Under the pieces are notes generated by a model. It was given only the letters and a program-made list of their open reading frames with translations, did not search any database and had not been told where the DNA came from. Below, piece by piece: positions 39,867-51,669 of a stretch of 64,000 nt of DNA (its first letter is position 1; every line of letters begins with the position of its first letter). Position numbers and translations under genes: made by a program. This DNA comes from Sarea resinae (lineage: Eukaryota). The stretch spans positions 1 to 64,000 of the forward strand of contig JAPEUD010000047.1 of assembly GCA_026026165.1 (NCBI GenBank), written 5' to 3'.

Positions 39867-42157
39867 TTTCCCAAGCTGATTCTCTGGGCTTGAAGGCAGA
39901 CGTGAAGCCTCTCGAATTGTTCTGGTGAACGGGGGGGGAGATTGTCGGAGTCGCTTAGAGAGTGCGTACTGTGTACAACAGTGACTCGCACGGTACCTTA
40001 GGTTTCGCCTGAGCGGGAGGCCAAGGGGAACCGCTGGGAAGAAGGCGCCCTGTACCTTAATAAAGATGACAGATCCAATAAGGCAACGCAAGGTAGCGAA
40101 AGTCGTACAGATGGGCTAGTATCAACCCAAAAGGCGCCTCGACTGTTCTTGGTCGCAAACCGCGTCGTCGATGGCCAGCCGGACGGGGAGGAGAGTGTCA
40201 CTCAATCAATTGATTGGGGACAAGGAAGGACGGGGAGCAGAGGGGAGAGAGGAGAGAGAGGAGAAGAAAAGAGAAGAGAAGGGGTGGGGGGGGAACAGAC
40301 GGAAGAAGTCGAAGACGAAGTTTGGAAATGATAGCTATGTACCGATGTGGCAGACAGAGGGCGTATAAGAGGTATCGACCATTTCCCGCCGACCACCGAA
40401 GAGCGCTGCGAGTACTGCAGAGTACTTCGTACTTTTGAACAAGGTCTCCGTGCTCCTGCGATCGATGCCCCAAAGGGAGAAGCTCCACGAGGGCTCGCGC
40501 AGTCGCTTCATCTCGCAATACACTAGCGCCACTTGGACCTTGCAAGTGCCCAGTGCATCTTTAAGCTGTGAGCCTGTCGGCACGTCCGTATCCGAGACCG
40601 AAGAAAACAGTCGATGATACTACGAGAGTGCGACTACTCCGGAGTACATACCTTACCTGAGAGATAGGTAGGTCAGGTAGGTACTCTACTACGAGTAAGG
40701 TAATCATCACTAAGGCCCCCAGCGCACAATGGAACAGAACAGCCCTGGAGGCGTACCTCAGTTCTCTTACTCGGTACTGTCGGTACTGTCTAGTACTCCA
40801 TACCTACCTAGTAGGTAAGGTAGATGGAGTTATCCAACTGATATCGAATACATCTCGCTTCTGGGGGCTACATTCTTCTCTCTCCGTAAGGACGAAGAAC
40901 GTCCTCTACTCCGACTGATCGATTATTGTTAGTCTCCATAGCTCGAGGCGGTGAGGAAGACACAAGGCAATGTGCACGGTAGTTGGTAGACTACTTCGTA
41001 CGCCTACTTCGTACCTTACTCTACCGACTCTACTGAAGTACTCTCTGTACTCGAGAATAATGATCATATGTATATGTACCTAGGTAGGTAAGCTGAGCGA
41101 GCCAGCAATGGATCGCAACTCACACACACTGCACCCGATCGAACAGTGGCGCCAGATCGTGACAGAAGGGAATGAAGACCGGACCGTGCTCTTGACCTGT
41201 GCCCCAAGTCGAAGCAAGCAGAAGCAAATCACAGTAAGCAATATGGAGTCGGCGACGTTCTTCGGGCCCCGCAGCATCTTGCTAGTCTGGAAACCTGGGG
41301 TGCGATCCGACTAGACCAGGCTCTGCATATCATTCATGGCATGTTTATCTGACCTGACCTGACCTGACTCCGCACGCCCATGTTGGAAAGACGTTGGGCG
41401 ATGGGGCGGGATCCTTGGATCCGTGGATCATGGGCGGCAAGGGAAAGTGTGGTTAGTACGGAATAACCTCCTTGGTGGACTGCGTACGGCAGGCGAATTG
41501 TCGGGATTCACAACGGAGAAATACTACGTAGCGATCAAATGTGGTCCCTGCGTTGCTGTGTTCAACACTTTTCTGGAAACACGGACCCTTGACTTCGCCA
41601 ATCAGTACCTGGAAGATACTTGATTAGTCACAGGATCCGGATGCCCAGCACGCGGAGTTGCCAGTACCGTAAAAGTACTCTGGAGTACTCCGGAGTAGCT
41701 GGTGTGATAAAGGATCCTTATCGTCTCTCAGGCTAACTGAATACGAGTTAACCACGTATTTCGTACATCCGATGCCTGGGCTACCTTACTCGTACCGTCT
41801 TACCTTACCTAGGGACCTGACCTAGGTAGGTACCTTACCCATTACACAGTACCTAACATGGGGTAGTCAGTGGCGCGTAGAAGTATCAGAGTAAAGGTAC
41901 AGAGTACTCAGCAGCATGTGGTCACACAACGAAGAAAACCATTGTGATTGGAGAGCTTCGAGAACGGCATGCTGAATGATATCCAGGGATTGGAAATGGA
42001 ACACCCGCAAAGAGGCTGCCTTGAGATCAATGACTAAGGTAAGCACGACTTCCATGTACAAGCTTCGAATCCTCGTGTGATGCAGTCCCCACATATCTCA
42101 CATCCGGAGCTATCATCATCCAAGCCCGGCCGAGCCTCGCAAGGAGTCTTGTAACAA

Positions 42158-43054
42158 TCAGGAGGACTTCTCATCTTTCGTCTGAGCATCATCAGAGTCT
42201 CCGACTCTGGTTTCGTTGATTTCCACCATCACCGGCTCTTCATCATCGTCCCTCTGCAGACTCTTACCGTAGTCCTCCCATAGCTTGGCAACAGACTGTC
42301 CAAATAGCTTCTTCCAAAATGATCCCTCTTCGTAACGCCCGCCCTTGAGACTGGCATTGATCATCCTGACACTACCTGCGCCAAAGGTCTTTTCGATGTA
42401 CTCAAGAAAATAGCCAGTGTGCTGATATCCAGCATCCCAGTCACCTCCCCCGTCCCTCGTCCAGTGTGGCGGCACGAAACCTGAGCGCAGCCTTATCCAA
42501 TCTGCAATTCCTTCAATGAGACCTCCCGGTGCAGTGCCGGATGCGTTCCATTGCCAGCAGTGCACCATCTCATGCCTCAGCACACCTAGAATCTCCTCTG
42601 CTTTCCTCTCCTTGGGTATGCCGGCAATGTAGTCCGTTGAGAAATGTATTTCCTTATGATCATCATCAAGATCTGACCCCGTGGTATATGCAACTCCAGG
42701 TATAGCCCGGAGAATGACAGTCACTGAGCGTGTCCCAGGGATGCTCGACGTAGGTACATAGAGCCAGCTCAAAACACCCTCGACAGCTTTCTGGAGGGCC
42801 GAGCTGGCTTCCACCGCAGTCAGAAACTCGCGAGATCCCTTACTAGAGAGGTCACGTATCTCCAAGCGTAGCCTGGGTGTTGGAAAGTTCAAGGGTCTTT
42901 TGCTTTGTTCATCCGGCGAAGTCGTACTCTCCCGGGCAGGTCTCAATGGCAGTGGTGAAGGAGTCGCAGAAGCAGCGGCTGAGCTGGCATCAGATGCAAC
43001 AGTAGACATGCTCATGAAGATTGGTGGAGGTACGCGAGACTGAGATTGCGACAT
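42158..43054 (-). CDS. BSP/PBSP (plant basic secretory protein-like) zincin-type protein
   Basis: 'GVAYT', HExxH motif 'HEMVHCWQW', 'GGLIEGIADWIRL', 'WDAGYQHTGYFL'; intronless; no obvious signal peptide. Confidence 0.88.
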   Translation of the reverse strand: MSQSQSRVPPPIFMSMSTVASDASSAAASATPSPLPLRPARESTTSPDEQSKRPLNFPTPRLRLEIRDLSSKGSREFLTAVEASSALQKAVEGVLSWLYVPTSSIPGTRSVTVILRAIPGVAYTTGSDLDDDHKEIHFSTDYIAGIPKERKAEEILGVLRHEMVHCWQWNASGTAPGGLIEGIADWIRLRSGFVPPHWTRDGGGDWDAGYQHTGYFLEYIEKTFGAGSVRMINASLKGGRYEEGSFWKKLFGQSVAKLWEDYGKSLQRDDDEEPVMVEINETRVGDSDDAQTKDEKSS

Positions 43055-45207
43055 GAATATCCTTTGAGCGAAATGGTTGTGCGCCCCAATGGTGGCTTGA
43101 TAAAGCTCTGATAAAGTAAGGCTGGTAGCTCGAGAGTCGTGAAGATACACGTAACAAAACGTAGGAACGAAACGATCCTCAGTCTCGCGTCCGCACCGAT
43201 AAAACCAGGATCATTCTCTGCTACGTGTACTGTGTAGGAGCTGGCACAAGGGGGTTTGCTGGATGGTTTTACACGGCTGCCCGTTTAGGAATCAGCCTCA
43301 GAGGTAGTTTTCAATAACATGAGGTTCAAAAAGAGATAGGTAAGGCAGATGTAGTTAAGGTAGGTACCTTGTGGATGATTTGATGTTTCGAAGATGTCCG
43401 GCTGCAAGACCCCATTGGGTGTCGTCCAGCCAACGATGGACAGATGCTCTTCTGTTGCAAAAAGAAAACCAGTACAGTAGACCTTCAACAGCGATACAGG
43501 TTTCTTGGTTGGCATACGCAATTCTAGGGGAGAAAAATGCTAACACATATGCAACGAAGGCACATTCATGTCAATGTAATTTTGAATAGAGAGATCGGCG
43601 GGATGAGATTATCATCGATGGTATCTACGTTGACGTCGAACGTTGGGCATCGTATCAGTACCGTAAGGTACCTACAGAGTACTTTACATCCATGCTGTGG
43701 TATACTTGACACGTACAGAGTGCGACGTACCTCATCCACAGCAAGTCCGAAGTACCTCAGTCTACTTGTACTTCATAGGTACAGATGGTGTCCACACCTC
43801 GACGATCGGTCCTTATCAGATCTGATCGATTTGATTCACCCCTCAAGTAAGATTACGACACCGTCAGTGCGCGCCTTCCTTTCCGATATCTATCCTACTG
43901 ACCAGAGGTCTACTACTCTATTCGACACTGCCGTGTCCGTATCACGTCGTCCGCGAGAATTCGTTTTCCCTTCTCCTTTGTTCTTGCTTGAAAGCTTGTG
44001 GTGCAAATGGAAAGATAAGGATCAAGGGTCTTTGGCTTTCGCGTACTCGCCTAACCTAAGAGACCACGCCCCAAAGTAGCTTGGACTCGATGCAGACACT
44101 CATTCAACCTCAGGAACCAAGTACTGGAGACTTAATCTAGTGACCTTAGCCCCTTCCAAGGTTGTTTTGGTCTCGCCAAAGGAGACCGCGACTTCTAACC
44201 GCGATTCAAGTCGTCAAATCGTCAACTTGCCCACACCAGGAGCAGAGTCTCGACCCGTTGATACTCCTTCGTCCCTTCCTTTTTTCCTCCTTCCACCTCA
44301 ACAACCAAGCTCCAGGTAAGTGCGCCTTCCGTTCTGCTGGGCGTCCTATGATGCCATTCCATCATGTTGTTCTTCTCGTGCGCGATGGCCAAAATACCCG
44401 TTCGCGACTCTTCAACCTCACTATCATCACCTTCTTCTTCGCCTTCTCCACCACCTCTTTTTCATTTCTTGTCTTCGGCCCTTTCTGAAAGCTGGCTAAC
44501 GCACTGTCAATATGGCAGGACTCACAGCGTGTGCCGTTTTCTGGATCTTGGCAGTGACTCTATGCGCGCAAGAATCGGGCGTCGCGACCGCTGTTCTCCT
44601 ATTAGTATTGTCTTTATGCTGGAGATCTACAGACTCAGACTGTCCATCGCAACCAGAGATCCCAAAGCGGAGACCATCCATCGCCACCGCCATCACTCCA
44701 GCTCGCCATCAACCTCTCATCCCACGTCCTCTCACACAGATCCCCTTTCCGACACGTCATACTTCTTCCTTACCTCTATCATCAGTCCCTTTTGCTTGTA
44801 CGCCTCCTCTAAGATCTTCGCGACTTAGAATCCCCACGCCTTATCCCCGCCGTTCCATAGCTCTCCTTGCAAATTCAAGACTCCCAGTGCCAGTTTCTGC
44901 CCCAGTACTTTGTTCGTCTGGACAACGGCACCCTCAGCTAAGGAACAGCACGAACTTCATTTCGCGAATTCCAATCAGAACGAGTCCGGTGCCAACGACC
45001 ACAAAGAAGCTGTCATTAGATAGCGAGAACGTATCATCAAAACCACCAATACGAATAGCCTCCGCTCCAGTGCGAACACGTTCAGTCAGCAAAAAGATAG
45101 AAAATAGGGTCAGAAGTGCACCGCGGAAGGGCTCGCTACTTAGACGAGTAGAGACAAACGTCGTCGACGAACGTACCAATCTGCGGCTTGCATCATCTGA
45201 ATCCATC

Positions 45208-48200
45208 ATGGCGAAGCCAATAGACCCCAGAATCACGTACCTGCGTGATACCAGCCGATCAAACGATGACAAAATCAAGTGCATCAACGACGTCAAATCT
45301 ACGATCAAGCACCATGTCGTCAGCGAAGAAGCGGCGCCGAGCATGTTTGAGTTCGTCAGGACAGCCATCTCTTCACAACACTCTAGCATTGTCGTGGCTG
45401 GATTTTCTACTCTAAATCATCTCCTGAAGCGCCTCAACATCCAGGAGCAACCAAAGCTGATCGCGGCACAATCCGGCCGCACATTGCCTCTTCTTATAGA
45501 GCGTCTAGGCGACCCAAAAGAGAGGTATAGACTGTGCGCTGCTCAGGCGCTCGCGGATTTTTGGACCGTATCCCAACTGGACGTGGAACGGGAGATCCGG
45601 GACAGTGCTTTGGCGGGAAAGAATCAGAGAGCCAAGGAAGCCGGGATGCATTGGCTATCAAAAGTAAGCCTGCAGATTTTACTTCCATGGCAGACCTAAC
45701 TTTTGCAGATGTGCTCCGAACAAGGACTGCAGTTTCGAGGCTTTGTGCCTCGACTGATGGATTGCTTGGAAGACGCCGATGGCGGAGTAAGGGAGGCAGC
45801 TAAAACCACAGTTGTCACGATATTTCGGTATATTGATTCCCACGAAGAACTTCCTGAGAAATCATTACTAATACAGTTCATTAGGAACGCCCCTGAACAT
45901 GCGAAATCTGACCTCAAGCGTCAGATGCAGATCCGGGGAGTGAGAAAGGCTATCGCTACCAGCATACTTGTGGATCTCGGTCTTTCTGCTCCAATTGATC
46001 CGGACACGAAGACCACAACCTCTGCAATCGAACCGCCAAAGCAACAAGACTCTCTTGCTGGAGGTACGGGCAATGAGCCACTTCCCGTTCCGGACGTCTC
46101 CACTGTGATAGAGCATGAAGGAGAGCGTCTCGAACCAGCCTATGTGAACTCACAGAGAGAGTTGGATGATACCTTTCGGGATATGGCACCATGGTTTGAG
46201 GGAAAGGAGAGTGAGCAAAATTGGACTGCTCGTGAGAAGAGTATCATAAAATTGCGACAACTCACAAAAGGCAACGCTCCCGCGGATTATTTCACTGCGT
46301 ACGTAGCGGGAATAAAGGGCCTGTTAGATGGAATTCTGAAGACAGTCAACTCTCTCCGAACGACGGTGTCGATGAACGGTTGCCGCTTAGTCCAAGATGT
46401 TGCCCGCGTGCTTGGGCCGGGCCTCGACTCAATGGTAGAGATCCTTCTCCAGAATCTCATCAAGCTATGTGCAGGGACCAAGAAAATCAGTGCTCAGAAC
46501 GGGAACTTGACAGTGGATGCGATATTTGCTCACGTCTCTTATAACCTACGGCTTATGCAGCACCTTTGGGGAGCGTGCCAGGATAAGAATGTCCAACCGC
46601 GTACTTTTGCCGCTGGGTGGCTGCAAACGATCCTTGCCAACCAAGCACATCACAAAGGGCAATTCGATCACTCAGGCGGGCTTGATCTTGCAGAAAAGTG
46701 TATAAAGAAGGGCCTGGCTGATGCGAACCCTGGGGTAAGGGAAAATATGCGCGGCACTTATTGGTCCTTCGCGAAGATCTGGCCGGAGAGGGCGGAAGGG
46801 TAAGAACATCTCCCTTTCTACCTCAACGGATGTCACTAACGAGGAATATCTAGTATCATGTCTTCTCTGGATGGAACTTCTCAAAAATTGTTAGAGAAAG
46901 ATTCGCGGAATCCAAACACGATCAAAAAGCCCGAAACCGCACCAGCTTCAAGCGTCAGACCTACACCAGTCGCGCGGGGGAACTCGGCTCTTGCCAACAG
47001 GCCTTCTTTGAAAGAGACTATAGCAGCACAGAAGCGTGCAAAGTTAGCTGCCAAGGGTCTACCAGATCGCCCAGGTTCTGCCCAGTCTTCATTCTCACCT
47101 GTCAAACATGCTGCTCCGTCCGGCTCCAAGGGATCCTCTGCCGTGTCATCTGCAATGGCCTCGGGGTCACTGATGTCAGCGCCAGTCCGCCCGATGCGAC
47201 CCGCTCGTCGCCCCGAACTCACAAGGCCCGCTACAGCAGACCCATACGCCAGTCGAAGGCCACTCAAAGCTGACACACCAGGAATCAGTCCAGCTGTCAG
47301 TCCATCCAAAACTAAATCAAAAGCCACGTCAGCGACGACTTCGATGAAAACAAAGATGGCACGGACTGGCAGTCCAACCCCAGAGAAATCCAAGTCCAAA
47401 GGGCCTCCCACGTCCGGCATCATCTCTATCGAGGGCGCGGCCCCAAATGCTGATGGCTACTCGACGTCAAGCCCAACAAAAGATGATGAACAGTTGACTA
47501 TGGTGCTTCCAAAGATTAACAAGAGCAAGGACGAAGTCGAATCGCGACCCACTACCAGCGGCAAGGACGTTAGTCTACGTAGCGCATCTCCTGTGAAGGT
47601 CTATGAAGACCCTCAACCTCACGGCGACCATGAAATTAGTCCTGTACAGCACAAACGTACAAAAGCGCTTGAGGAGCTTCCCATAAACGAGCCGGCTAAT
47701 ACTATCCCACCTCTAATCAATGAGGGGACTATCGGTGAAAAGAAACCCGAAGCGGTCGACAAGATTAGCGGCACGGATGAGCAATATCAAGATGAACAAA
47801 ATGCCCGCCGCCTACTTACAAGCGGCATTTCGAAAGCGAAGGCGCGGACACTTGACGTCCATGCCCTGCGAAAACTGCAAACCACTCTGAAAGGCCATCC
47901 AACCGTGTGGGAAAATAGTTCGCATTTTGGTGAACTTTTGCTGCCCCTGCTTTCGTACCTTCAAAATCCAAATGAAGATGCTAGAGTCACACCGAAGAAG
48001 TCCCAAGATCTACAGACGCAAGTTTTGCATACCATTCGCATCATGCTCGACACGAACCAGGAGTTTTTCTCAGCATTCTACGATCAAGCACTCTGTGCTG
48101 TGCTCTTAGCGCGAAAGCACTGGGATAGTACCTCGTATTTTGCGGCTCTCTTGCAAAGCACCGCTGAGCAATTGATCAAGCTAGGGAACACGACGTCCTG

Positions 48201-48567
48201 CTTCAGCTCGGTTCTGGACCTGATGAAGTCGGAGGAGCAGGGCGAAGTACCAAGCCGTATGGCTATCATGTGTCTCCAGACTATCGCGAGACTAATCCAG
48301 AAGGTTGGGACCGAGGATGAGTCACTTTCGGGAGACAAAATTGAGCGGTCGGGCTCATTGATTGGGAGCTGTCTAGACGATCCTGATCCGGATGTCAGAC
48401 GCTCGGCAGTGGAATGCTGCGTCGAACTTTATAATTACCTCCTACCGGCAGAGGGGGAAATCGAGCGGGAAAAGGCCTTCTGGGAGATGGTTCCCGGCGC
48501 AAAAGAGCACCATCGTAATCTCGTTGCCTACTATTTCGCGAAAAGAAACGAGGTCAGTAGCGCATAG
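45208..48567 (+). CDS. STU1: CLASP-family microtubule-associated protein Stu1
   Basis: HEAT/TOG-like N-terminus; CLASP_N motifs 'FEGKESEQNW', 'SLRTTVS', 'DKNVQPR', 'GLADANPGVRE'; introns 45664-45708, 45828-45884 and ~46800-46853; ATG 45208 in ATCATGG context (a longer form may exist, see findings). Confidence 0.93.
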
Positions 48568-49906
48568 GTCTGAGGATACAAACACACCAGTGCCCCAGTC
48601 ACCAGAGCTGCATCTTATCCTTTACTTCTACTCCTCCATTTCAGGATTACGGGAGCCTTGTACTCGTTGATCAGCAGTTTTCTTGAATCTTTATTGGACA
48701 GACAGTATTCTGTCTTTGGTTGGGATTGTTGTGAGAGCGGAAAGTGGTGTTGTCGGAGCAAGCAGCTCTTAGCTTATATATGTTATATCGGCTGGCCTCT
48801 CTGATGCGTCTTCCTATTCTTCAAAAAGCGGGCGCAACAGCGAGGAGTATCTGGATTAGATGGCAAGCGTGGATTAGGCGATAGCCTTTGGAAGCATGAT
48901 TTTGTTTGTATTGTCTATCATGGCAGAGTACTCGAAGTGTTTGCTGCCTTTCGGTTTGCCCTGGTCGTTCGTGAAATTATTGATTCCTCGATACAACCTA
49001 ATCAAAGGTTCGAGGCAGAATACAATACGGCTCTGTAGAAGCTGTGGATTTGAAGATTACTGTATAGCTTTAGGATCCTATTTTTCAGAAGGTCGCTTTC
49101 TTGTCATGCTATTGAAGTGAATTCTGACTACTGCGCAGTACCTCTTGCTGCTACATATACCATTTTCAGGGCCCGCGTATATCGAAACACCATGGCTTGA
49201 TCAGCAGAGCATGCGATGCGATGTGCCCCAACGTGATCTGGCGATCGTGAAGCACGGATATCAATACAGGTACACCAGAGATCCACCCATGGGAGAGGTC
49301 AGGATCAAGTCCGCGAAACCAACAGACTGGTAGAAAATCCCACCTTCATTCTACGGGCTTCTAGACTTGAACGAAAACCAATCTACTCGGATTGATTTCC
49401 AGGCGCGAGTCTGATGCAGTGTAACAACACGTCCTTCGTTACCAGTGTGCTGGAGTTCTAGATTGGGGGAGGAGGGCCGGGAGGGGGGGGCGGGGGGCCT
49501 GGGGGGAACGGACCTACAGTACCAAGTACGAATACCTACTTTCGGTTTTTGCTCCCTTGCCGCTGCAAATAATGAATGAATCGCTGATGCGAGCTTGCAA
49601 TGCCCACACCTTGGTCCTTGGTCGGTTGCGCCGTTCCGCTAGGGAAAAAGAAAGAGAGAAATATATTGCGGCCACCATGAAAATTAGGTGGGCGAGCGTT
49701 CTCGTTCTGTGCTTTTCAATTTCGCAGATGGTAGTAGCAGAAATAGTAGTGAGAGTGAACAGAACGCGAAGCTTCTGCAGCGTTCAGGAGGAAGATTATG
49801 TAGGTAGGTAGGTAGTACTGCGCAGTACTAGTCTGTACTGTAGTATCACCACACTTGGCCAGTGCTTGGTCAGTGCTCAGGAGTAATGTACTAGGTAGTA
49901 AGATAG

Positions 49907-50506
49907 TAGAGAGGTTCTGCAGCATATTTCGTAAGGATCTCGTAGCAAGGATACGGTTACCCTATGGGGACTAGCTTAGTAAGACCCCGGGTAACTGCCT
50001 AAATAGGAAGGTCTTGGCAATATCAAACGGCAATTGCCGACCAGAACTCAACACCATGGCCTACTATTGCGAGATCCACGCATAGCTTTCTCTACTATGG
50101 CGAATGCTGATCCTAGCAGTACAGGCTTCTAAATGCTGATTGCTTAGCAAGTCAGCAGTAATATCCTCTTCTAACCGTGTAAAAGAGTTAGGAGAAGGGC
50201 TATAAGGGTTGAAAATGCAAATATTAGACTGTTAAGGAGGTATAATAATGATTATTGCTAATATGACTGCTAGTTAATGTTGACAATGACAATGATTAGG
50301 ATCGTGAAAATAAGCTTTACGACTAGCTAAGAAAGGCAATAGGAGTAGTCAGCAATTGCCTTTTTGGTTATCCAGAAGAGTTGTGGATATATCCATAACT
50401 CTTTCGTAAAATCGCCGATCAGGTTAGCTATAATAGGAAGGTGGGTCCTTGACTTACCTAATCAGTCATACGAATTCCTTACGAAATATGCTGCAGAACC
50501 TCTCTA
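49907..50506. mobile_element. Non-autonomous MITE-like DNA transposon relic with terminal inverted repeats
   Basis: TAGAGAGGTTCTGCAGCATATTTCGTAAGGA (49907-49937) is the exact reverse complement of 50476-50506; outer TA fits a TA target-site duplication; AT- and TpA-rich interior with no ORF. Confidence 0.8.
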
Positions 50507-51163
50507 GTGCCGTGTCGTGTCGTTGTCATGTCGTCTCGTCTGAGTGTTGCATCCTTGTAGCGAGGGAGGAGGAGGGAGGGGGGGAGAAGGGGGGGCGCCG
50601 GACGGCCCCTCGGGCTCCCTCGAGCTCCAAGCCTCCTCACTCTCCACCCCTGGTGGCTTCGCTTTGACGTGGACGGGTGAGACTGACGGATTGGGGGGAG
50701 GATTTAGCATTTGTCGTCTATCGCGCGCTCAGATGTCTCCGCACGGCACGCCATCAATGTCCTGCATACAGGGTCGTATTAGTAAGATGAAGAGGTTCAA
50801 CTCCTCTACTATGTACTACTACTACTCTAAGGAGGTCGAGTGTCTCGATTCAGAAATGATTAATATGGGGATGACTGGAAACGTAAGGTGGTGGTGATGG
50901 TGGAGAGGTACCTGTGACCGAGGTAGTGGACGCGGCAGAAGAGCACGTCGAGTACTTTGGCTCCACGTTCCCTTTCTCCTGGTCCAAACCCCCTCGGTAC
51001 TCTCTGCTGTCAACCTGAGGAAGGATGGTCTAAATTTATACCACGATATCTGCGCGACGAGACAACTACTCAACTACCACTTCATCCCTCCTGTAGCAAG
51101 CAATAATGTACGATCATCAACAATGATTCATCACCAAGGTCGATGGGCATTGACAGCCGGCAG

Positions 51164-51238
51164 ATGCTGAATGCTGAATGCTGAATGCTGAATGCTGAAT
51201 GCTGAATGCTGAATGCTGAATGCTGAATGCTGAATGCT
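51164..51238. repeat. Heptamer tandem repeat (ATGCTGA) x ~10.7
   Basis: Perfect array directly visible. Confidence 0.95.
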
Positions 51239-51620
51239 CCATGCCCCATCTTCAATGCTGGTTGCTGGATATTGATGCTGAAACACTTGACCCTGCCGCA
51301 GCTGTTTTAGCTGGAGGCCATCTCTCTTAGTCGACGTACTCCGGAGTACTTCGAGGTAGTCCTCTTCGTAACGAGCAGCAAGGTAGCATCGAGGTAGCAT
51401 CGAGGTAGCAGCTGGGCAGTCTGCAGCACGACGACTACCTCTCACGAGAGGTATTCGTCAAGTCTACTCCCGAGTACTTCCAGTACAGAGTACTCGTGCC
51501 AGCAAGAAGAGGTACAAGTCAGTATACCGAGACGCAGCTCCAAATCGAGTACGGTGTTGCTGCCGTTGCTCGTACCTGAACTTGCACTTTCACCATTCGT
51601 ACTTCCACGCACCCACCCTG

Positions 51621-51624
<4 letters not shown>

Positions 51625-51669
<45 letters not shown>
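51625..51669. repeat. (GCT)n trinucleotide repeat, ~15 copies, upstream of the RhoGAP gene
   Basis: Directly visible. Confidence 0.95.

Noticed and set aside
39867..40091. In-frame 75-codon extension upstream of the ERG5 ATG
   Set aside because: No ATG start, short enough to occur by chance, and ATG 39866 gives a normal CYP61 N-terminus
39867..41900. Sterol-response elements (Upc2/SREBP type) upstream of ERG5
   Set aside because: No exact consensus site that I could confidently identify
624..48567. Stop-codon readthrough or cryptic peroxisomal (PTS1) extensions
   Set aside because: None of the stops I checked has the TGA-CTA context or a downstream SKL-like end
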